This document shows positions 54,836 to 64,000 of a stretch of 64,000 nt of DNA, in pieces. Both the position numbers and the translations under genes were made by a program. The DNA is from Candidatus Fermentithermobacillaceae bacterium UBA3951 (GTDB taxonomy: Bacteria; Bacillota; Sulfobacillia; Fermentithermobacillales; Fermentithermobacillaceae), in NCBI GenBank assembly GCA_002385465.1, contig DGDN01000043.1, positions 2,927-66,926 on the forward strand, read 5' to 3'. The first letter of the stretch is position 1. Each line of letters begins with the position of its first letter. Below the pieces are notes generated by a model. That model worked only from the letters and a program-made list of their open reading frames with translations, was not told the DNA's origin and did no database searches.

Positions 54836-56410
54836 CTAATATAGATATAGAAGTGAGTCCACCGGAGCATAGTCGTCGGTAAGGAACACTGCCCCCTCTA
54901 CCGGTATCTCGCCCTCGTAGAGCGAAGAGGCGAAGCCGGGAAGCCCCTTGATGGTGGCTCTTTGACCTTCAAGCATACGGGCCTTCTCAATAAGCCGCTC
55001 CTTTCCCTGCGGAACTCCGAAGCCTTCTCCCGGCTTTAGGCAAAATACTTCGATGTTCCGGAGAGACGATTCGGTGCCGGGCGAATAATTCACCGGGAAT
55101 ACATAGGTGTCCGCAAAGACCCTTCTTATCGTATGAAACATGGAACGAAACAGCTTGGACTTCTCTCCTTCAAGGGCTCCTATGAGGTTCGAGGCCAGGA
55201 CACCGCCGGGCTTCAGCCTTTCCCGGACCAACTCGTAGAATTCCACCGTAGTCAGGTGAAAGGGAATTGAGTCGGCATAGTAGGCGTCCACGATGATAAG
55301 GTCGTAAGCCTTCTCCGAAGATTTCAAGAAAGCTCGCCCGTCGGCCGTATGTACCCGTATCTCCTCGTCGCCGGGAAAACCGAAGTATTCGCGGGCTATG
55401 CGGGTCACTTCCGGGTCGATTTCAACGCACTCGATGGTCATGTCCGGGTAGTCTCTATGGAAGCGTTTAGGCACAGTGCCGGCTCCCAGCCCTATGAACA
55501 GGACGTCCTCCAGGTCCTCCTTGAAAAGAAGCGCAAGGTGAAAGAAGTCGGTGTATGGGAAGACGCTCTCGTAGGGCCTTTCGGGGTACATCCCGCTCTG
55601 TATCGAGTTGTCGAACTTAAGGAGGCGCCTTGAGCCGTCTTCCACAACATAGATGTGGTGGTAGAGAGACTGGGTTTCATATATGACGCCCGCCGAGCCA
55701 CCGGGGAAAAGAGACGGTCCCAGGCCAAAGACTAGGGCCGCACATAGAATGAGTGCCGCGGCTTTCGGTCGCCGGGGCCGGGCGGAGATACAAAGTACCG
55801 CCCCCACTCCAAGCATCGAGACCGAGAGGCACCGGAGGATTGTCTCCGTCCCTAGAGACGGGATCAAGTAGAACGACGTAGCGAAAGTGCCGGCTATACT
55901 GCCTATGTTGGAGACGGCATACAATAGGCCGGCAGACCTTCCGGCGCTATCTATCCGGTTTAAGGTAAGCCGTACGCACCAGGGTGAAATCGTTGCGAGG
56001 AGAAGAGAAGGCACAAAAAACAGGAGGGTTGAGGCCCCAAGGAGCGACGGAATGCCCGGAGCTCCTGAAGCCAGTACCGGCAGGAGGCGTTCCGAAAAGA
56101 CGGGGATTAGCCCGGTCCAGACTCCTGCTATCGCAAACACGATTGAGGTATCTGAAAGCCTCGGGAAACGGTCCGACAGATATCCGCCCGTATAATATCC
56201 CAAACTCAAGGCAGTGAGTACTACACCGATAAGACTGCCCCATACGTAGATGGACGACCCGAAAAAGGGAGCCAGTATGCGAGAGCCAACCATCTCCAGG
56301 CTCATGAGTGCGGCGCCGGAGAAAAGCGCCACAACATGCACAAAAAAACCCACGGCATACCTCCTGGAATAGACGGAGGGCCCTCCGGCCCCCTCACCTC
56401 TACCTGCCAA
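54836..56410 (-). CDS. Spermidine-synthase-like methyltransferase fused to N-terminal polytopic membrane domain (COG4262-like)
   Basis: About 8 N-terminal TM helices and a C-terminal PABS/SAM-MTase fold (FIGLGAGTVPKRF...ECVEIDPEV...YDLIIVDAY). Confidence 0.65.
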   Translation of the reverse strand: MAGRGEGAGGPSVYSRRYAVGFFVHVVALFSGAALMSLEMVGSRILAPFFGSSIYVWGSLIGVVLTALSLGYYTGGYLSDRFPRLSDTSIVFAIAGVWTGLIPVFSERLLPVLASGAPGIPSLLGASTLLFFVPSLLLATISPWCVRLTLNRIDSAGRSAGLLYAVSNIGSIAGTFATSFYLIPSLGTETILRCLSVSMLGVGAVLCISARPRRPKAAALILCAALVFGLGPSLFPGGSAGVIYETQSLYHHIYVVEDGSRRLLKFDNSIQSGMYPERPYESVFPYTDFFHLALLFKEDLEDVLFIGLGAGTVPKRFHRDYPDMTIECVEIDPEVTRIAREYFGFPGDEEIRVHTADGRAFLKSSEKAYDLIIVDAYYADSIPFHLTTVEFYELVRERLKPGGVLASNLIGALEGEKSKLFRSMFHTIRRVFADTYVFPVNYSPGTESSLRNIEVFCLKPGEGFGVPQGKERLIEKARMLEGQRATIKGLPGFASSLYEGEIPVEGAVFLTDDYAPVDSLLYLY

Positions 56411-56416
56411 GCTGAC

Positions 56417-56722
56417 CTAGATGGCCTTTGCTTCCCGCACGTAAGCCTTGATCAGTTCTTCCAGGATCTCATCCCGCTCTACTTTCCGGACAAGACTCCT
56501 CGCATTATTGTGGCTGGTGATGTACGTGGGATCCCCCGATAGAAGATAGCCTGCGATCTGGCTAACCGGATTATGGCCTTTCTCCTTGAGGGCCACATAA
56601 ACCTTGAGGATGATATCCCTTGTCTCTTCGTCTCTGTCGGGCTTTACCTTAAAAAAACGCGTTTCTTCGAACTCAGCCATGCCCAGGACCCCTCCTAGGA
56701 TCACTCTTCGCCAGAGGCGCAA
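56417..56722 (-). CDS. ireB: UPF0297 protein IreB (YrzL-like)
   Basis: [66 protein letters not shown], a typical UPF0297 protein located downstream of alaS. Confidence 0.8.
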   Translation of the reverse strand: MRLWRRVILGGVLGMAEFEETRFFKVKPDRDEETRDIILKVYVALKEKGHNPVSQIAGYLLSGDPTYITSHNNARSLVRKVERDEILEELIKAYVREAKAI

Positions 56723-56742
56723 AAACTCCTACGTCTAATACC

Positions 56743-59429
<2,687 letters not shown>

Positions 59430-59430
<1 letters not shown>

Positions 59431-61172
59431 CAGGATTCCTCCCCCGGCAGAATGCGCTCTATCTCGCGCCGGATTATCTCTTTGAGCCGGTCAGGCAATT
59501 CGTCCAAGGGAACGATCTCTCCCTCGGGCAGCCGGCGGAGCTTGACTTCTGCCCCGCCCCTCTTGAGGCTCCTCTCAGATACGGTCACCCTTATCGGCAT
59601 GCCCAGAAGGTCGGCATCGTTGAACTTGACTCCGGCAGACTCGTCCCTGTCATCGTAAAGGACTTCAATCCCTTCGGCCAGGAGACGCTCGTACACACCT
59701 TCCGCCGTGCTCCTCGCGTCCTCTGAGGTCCCGAGCGCCACAAGATGCACGTGGTACGGCGCAACCGTCATGGGCCAGATGATGCCCTTGTCATCGTGGT
59801 TCGCTTCTATCACGCACGCGAGGAGCCTCCCGACTCCCATACCGTAGCAACCCATAACCAAGGGTTTGAGCTCTCCGTTTTCGTCTTGGTACATGGCTTT
59901 CATTGGAACCGAATACCGCGTCCCCAACTTAAAGGTGTTGCCGACCTCGACACCCCTCTTAACGGTCAAGCGCTCACCGCACGCCGGGCACGCGTCTCCC
60001 TCCCTGGCAGTGGCGATATCTGCTACAACGTCAATCCTGAAATCCCTCCCGGGCACTACTCCGACCAGGTGATAGCCACTTTCGTTGGCGCCGGCCACGT
60101 AGGCCCTTTCGGCGGAGAGACTGTCGTCGGCGACGACGAAAATGCGTTCCACCCCTACCGGCGACATGTATCCTTGCTCCAACCCGAGTTCTTTGAGTTC
60201 TTCGGGCTCCGCGAGCCGCATCTTATCTACCTTGCGCAAGTTTGCGAGCTTCTTCTCGTTGACATCGAGATCGCCTCGCAGTACCACCATCACCGGATCC
60301 TGGCCCGCGAAATATACCATTGTCTTTATGCTGGTCTTTGGGTCTCTACCCAGGAACTCGCAGACCGATGCTATCGTGTCCTTTCCGGGTGTCGAGACCT
60401 TGGCCGGCGCAGGCAGCATCTCCCCTTCCACAGGCTCGGGGACTCCTGAGCTCTTGTCTATCCGGGCGGCCTCCCTGTTTGCTGCATAGCCGCACCTCGG
60501 ACAGAGGATTAGCGTATCTTCTCCTGCGTCTGTCACGTAGGTGAACTCGTGGGCGCCGGTCCCTCCCATCATGCCGACATCACCCTGGACCTGAGTGACG
60601 GGCACTCCACACGACCGGCATATTCGTCTGTAAGCCCTACACTGCGCGGGATAGTACTCGTCAAGGCCCTTCTCATCGGCGTGGAAGCTGTACGCGTCTT
60701 TCATGACGAACTCGCGCACCCGCACGAGGCCTCCTCTGGACCTCGGTTCATCCCTGAACTTGGTCTGGATATGGTACACAACGATCGGGAGCTGCTTGTA
60801 CGAGTCGATGAACCGCCTCGCGAGGTCAGTCACGGGTTCCTCGTGAGTCATGGCAAGCACCATGTCTCTCCCCGAGCGGTCTTTGAACCTGACCATCTCG
60901 GGCCCTACCTCGAAGAAACGTCCGGATTCCTCCCATATGTCCGAAGGGTGCACGACCGGCATGTTGATTTCTTGACCACCGGCCGCGTCCATTTCCTTGC
61001 GCATGATGTCCTCGATTTTCCTGATACTGCGCCAGGCAAGAGGCAAGTAGCTGTATATACCGGCGGCCAGTTTGGAAATCATGCCGGCCCGGAGAAGCAG
61101 TTCGTGAGAAGGCATTTCGGCTTCGGCGGGCTTTTCTCTTAGGGTCCTGCCGAACCTCTGACTCATTCGCAT
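59430..61172 (-). CDS. proS: Proline--tRNA ligase (bacterial type with INS editing domain)
   Basis: Class II motifs and an insertion editing domain. The start is taken at MRMSQRFGRTLREKPAEAE (SD GGAGG), 30 codons downstream of the track start. Confidence 0.9.
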
Positions 61173-61208
61173 AGCAAGGCCTCCAATTAGTGGGCGAAGA
61201 TTAGAACG

Positions 61209-61237
61209 ATTATATCGACCATATATATGAGGGTCAA
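61209..61237 (-). promoter_or_regulatory. Sigma-A-type promoter upstream of proS
   Basis: Minus strand TTGACC, 17 nt, TATAAT about 35 nt upstream of the proS Shine-Dalgarno. No T-box motif is seen in the short leader. Confidence 0.6.
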
Positions 61238-61310
61238 CGAACCGGGCCCGCGCGCAAGGCATGAGAAGCCCCGCCTTCGGGAGGCCCGCAACTAAAAGCC
61301 AACCGGGAGG

Positions 61311-62573
61311 CTACGTGTTCGCAAGCGCCGCGTCCCTCCGGTCGAGGCTCCGGCTGTAGATTAGCGATACTGCGGCAAGAGCCGCCCCTCCGGCAAAGAC
61401 CACCCCAGGCCCAAACGCATCCCACAGAAAGCCGCCCAGGACCGGAACCGACACACCGCTCACGTGGTTCACCGTGCTGCCCATGGCATATGCTGCCGCC
61501 AGGGATTCCTTCGGGGCTATCCTTCCCAGGTATGTAGTAATCGCCGCGTCAAAACCCATAAGTCCGTGGTCTAGGACAAACACCAGAAACAGGATAACCG
61601 GGAGTTTCACGAAGCCGTAGGCCGTAAAGAGCGAGATCACGAAAACATAGTTCAGAACCAGGCTTTTCTGCTCGCCCCACTTATCGATCACTTTGCCCAC
61701 GAGGGGCCTGGTGATAATGGCCACCACGCTGGAGATGGCCGAAAGGAGCACCATGACGCTTACCGGGGTCTTGTAGACTTCCACCAACAAATATCCCGCA
61801 AATGTCTGGGTGATGTGCCTCCGTGATCCCCCCAAGAAGGTCAAGACATAATAGCTCATATATCGCGGGTTTAGGTCCATCGAAGCCCGCCCCGAAGGCT
61901 TGTTGCCCATAGCCTTCCTCAAGATGCTGACTCCGCCCAAAGCCGTGAATGCCGCGGCCATGGTGTGGAGAAAGGCGTAGTCTGTCTTCCAGTATTTCGA
62001 TATCGCTATGACGATTCCTACTGAAATCAGCGACCCGGCTGCGCCCGCGCTGTTCATCTGTCCAACCTTCGTAGCCCTCTCCTCAGGCAGGCAGGTTTTT
62101 ATAACGATGGACGACTGAACGGGGTAGAACAAATGAAAGCCTGTAGACATGACCAAGGTGGCGACGACCAGCAGGGGGAAATTCAAGGCGACCGTGTGCA
62201 TGAAGATGCCTGCCGCAGTCAAGATGAGACAGATCCCGGCCCAGGTGTTCTCCCTGAAAAAACCCGACACCATGGCTAGAGGCGCGGTGAGAAGACCCGG
62301 CACCTCGCGGATCCCCTGCACGAGGCCCAGCTGGGATGGCTGTATACCAACCACCTCGACTACAAAGTTGTTGAAGATGCCCCTTTGCAGGCCGTGCCCA
62401 AGTTCGAGCGCAAGAGTAGCCCCCAGGATGTTCCGGAAAACGGCGTGGCGCTCGGCATCCGACCGCAGGCCTCCTCCTTCGCCGTCTGAGACCCGGTCAC
62501 AGGTCGCCTCTTCGCCGGCCTCCGGTCTCAATGGCACGTTGCCTTTCTCTCTTGTCCCTCTGCTTGTGGCCAA
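61311..62573 (-). CDS. MFS transporter
   Basis: 12-TM MFS with a soluble 50-aa N-extension. Confidence 0.75.
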   Translation of the reverse strand: MATSRGTREKGNVPLRPEAGEEATCDRVSDGEGGGLRSDAERHAVFRNILGATLALELGHGLQRGIFNNFVVEVVGIQPSQLGLVQGIREVPGLLTAPLAMVSGFFRENTWAGICLILTAAGIFMHTVALNFPLLVVATLVMSTGFHLFYPVQSSIVIKTCLPEERATKVGQMNSAGAAGSLISVGIVIAISKYWKTDYAFLHTMAAAFTALGGVSILRKAMGNKPSGRASMDLNPRYMSYYVLTFLGGSRRHITQTFAGYLLVEVYKTPVSVMVLLSAISSVVAIITRPLVGKVIDKWGEQKSLVLNYVFVISLFTAYGFVKLPVILFLVFVLDHGLMGFDAAITTYLGRIAPKESLAAAYAMGSTVNHVSGVSVPVLGGFLWDAFGPGVVFAGGAALAAVSLIYSRSLDRRDAALANT

Positions 62574-62657
62574 GCAACATCACCGTCTCGTCCCTGTCAA
62601 AACTAGTGGCCCAAGCCGTCCCTCCCTTGAACATACAAGCCGGCGCAGACTCACATC

Positions 62658-63998
62658 CTACATTACGGCGCCTTGAGCCCTTAACGAAGCCTTGTTCTCT
62701 ATACGCTGCACCAACCGGAAAAAGAGGCTTGCCGAAAGGCGCATCAAAGCGCATATCATAAACGCCACCCGGAAGCCGTAGAGGTTGAGGAGACCCACAC
62801 CGACCATAGGAGCGAAAATGGCAGAAACGTTTATTGCAGTGGTGTAATAGGCTATGTAACTAGCCTTGGACTCTTCGGGCGTGACCTCAAGAAGACGGTT
62901 GAAAAGCGCCAGGTTGACGCCTGAGAAAATAGCCCCCGTGAAAAGGTTGAAGCAGACGATGGTGAGGAGGCTCTTGGAAAACGCGTAAACCAGCGGGATG
63001 GCGAAAATACCTGCGCTGGCTATTGCGAGAGTGCTGAGGTTTCCCCGTTTCCTGCACTGCCTTGCCCAAAAACCGTACCCAAGGAGCGACCCACTGGTAT
63101 TGGTTAGGTTCAAGAGGCTCACCCAAGTGTTGTTGGCTCCAAGCACCTTAACCTGGTACAGGGTGAAGAGGGGCCAGGGTGCCTGGAGGGCCAGGTAGAA
63201 AAACACCGATGCCAAGGTGTACCGGAGAAAAGGGTCCGGAACCCTCAATCTGCGCAAGAGCCCCTTGGAGCCGGCGCCATCATCGTGACCGGAATTTCCG
63301 GCCGCCGCTGCGGCGGCCCCACCACCAGCGGCACTGGTCTCAACGTTCCCTTCCGGTTCGTCCACCGTTTCGTCGACCTTCCCGAGCACCCAGATCTCAA
63401 GAAGCGACAACACGAAAGCACCCGCGAAGAAAATCTGGTAGCCGACGGGAAAGCCGGCTATGTCAATGAGGCGACCGGCTACGAGGACCACTATCGTCCC
63501 CGTTAGGTTCATGAGACGGTTTCTCGCGGCGAATGCTTCGGCTCTTCTCTCCGCAGGCACCACTTTCGAGATGAACGCCTGCCACCCTATGTTGGCTATG
63601 GAGGCAGGGATGTTCATGGCCGTCACTGCCAGCACCAACAGGTGAGCGCGCCGGTCGGGCACAAAGAAGGGGATGGCTGCTATGAAAAGATAGAAGACGC
63701 GCTGGAGCATTATGAAAACCGAGATGGCCCTTTTCTTGCGGGCCCTCTTATCCATGAACCTTCCGCCGGGGATCATGGACAAGAGGCTCACCAGGGCAGG
63801 TCCAGAGGAAAGGAGACCCACCTGGTACTCTGATGCCCCCAGTTTGACGGCGAAAATGCCCATGAAGGGCGCGGCCATGTTTACGGCCAAGATGGAACAG
63901 ATGCCGTGGTATATATTTACGCGGATGTTCCTCTCAATCCGGTCGGAAGGGTGCTCAAGAGGAGACATGCCAAGGTCAGACTTAATGCGGGCCACCAC
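62658..63998 (-). CDS. MFS transporter (paralogue of the neighbouring gene)
   Basis: 12-TM MFS with an Ala/Gly-rich central loop (AAGGGAAAAAAGNSGHDDGAGS). Confidence 0.75.
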   Translation of the reverse strand: MVARIKSDLGMSPLEHPSDRIERNIRVNIYHGICSILAVNMAAPFMGIFAVKLGASEYQVGLLSSGPALVSLLSMIPGGRFMDKRARKKRAISVFIMLQRVFYLFIAAIPFFVPDRRAHLLVLAVTAMNIPASIANIGWQAFISKVVPAERRAEAFAARNRLMNLTGTIVVLVAGRLIDIAGFPVGYQIFFAGAFVLSLLEIWVLGKVDETVDEPEGNVETSAAGGGAAAAAAGNSGHDDGAGSKGLLRRLRVPDPFLRYTLASVFFYLALQAPWPLFTLYQVKVLGANNTWVSLLNLTNTSGSLLGYGFWARQCRKRGNLSTLAIASAGIFAIPLVYAFSKSLLTIVCFNLFTGAIFSGVNLALFNRLLEVTPEESKASYIAYYTTAINVSAIFAPMVGVGLLNLYGFRVAFMICALMRLSASLFFRLVQRIENKASLRAQGAVM

Positions 63999-64000
63999 GC

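Noticed and set aside
61234-61425. 63-aa minus-strand ORF overlapping the proS promoter region
   Set aside because: It overlaps the -35/-10 elements and the MFS 3' end, and is Gly/Arg/Cys-rich with no SD.

Overview
Almost the whole window is coding. It reads like a thermophilic, spore-forming, flagellated Firmicute (Clostridia/Bacilli-like), with GC near 60% judged by eye, not computed. The left 19 kb (minus strand) is one large fla/che-type flagellar operon, flgB-flgC-fliE-fliF-fliG-fliH-fliI-fliJ-fliK-flgD-(small conserved ORF)-flgE-motA-motB-fliL-fliM-fliN-fliO/P-fliQ-fliR-flhB-flhA. flhA is truncated by the window start and was recovered by hand translation. Upstream of it lies the conserved codY-hslU-hslV-xerC-topA-dprA block. 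A divergent gerKA-KB-KC germinant receptor operon follows, then rnhB, yraN, comM, a MATE pump and an MFS pump. trpS sits behind a clear T-box leader (AATTTGGGTGGCACCGCGG plus terminator). Next comes a sporulation neighbourhood with a LuxR regulator that has a degenerate receiver, yqeG, an intact sigK with pro-sequence, an SpoVD-like PBP and an RsfA-like regulator. It also holds a GT4 glycosyltransferase, a galT-like/glgA operon, two CotF-domain coat protein genes (one carrying three ~70-aa Trp/Gly/Gln-rich tandem repeats) and sleB-ypeB. The right end is the proS-alaS-ireB...ruvX-DUF1292-mltG housekeeping cluster. Four extra genes are inserted into it, namely a SpeE-like membrane fusion, a rhomboid protease, an archaeal-type fructose-1,6-bisphosphate aldolase/phosphatase and an aldo-keto reductase/ferredoxin fusion. 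Two tandem MFS transporters close the window. I found no tRNA or rRNA genes, CRISPR arrays or mobile elements. The ORF track treats GTG/TTG as starts, and several real starts lie downstream of the track start and were re-derived from Shine-Dalgarno context. The most unusual items are an apparent in-frame FliO-FliP fusion, the repeat-containing CotF coat protein, galT-like plus glgA with no glgC, and the four-gene insertion into the alaS-mltG cluster.
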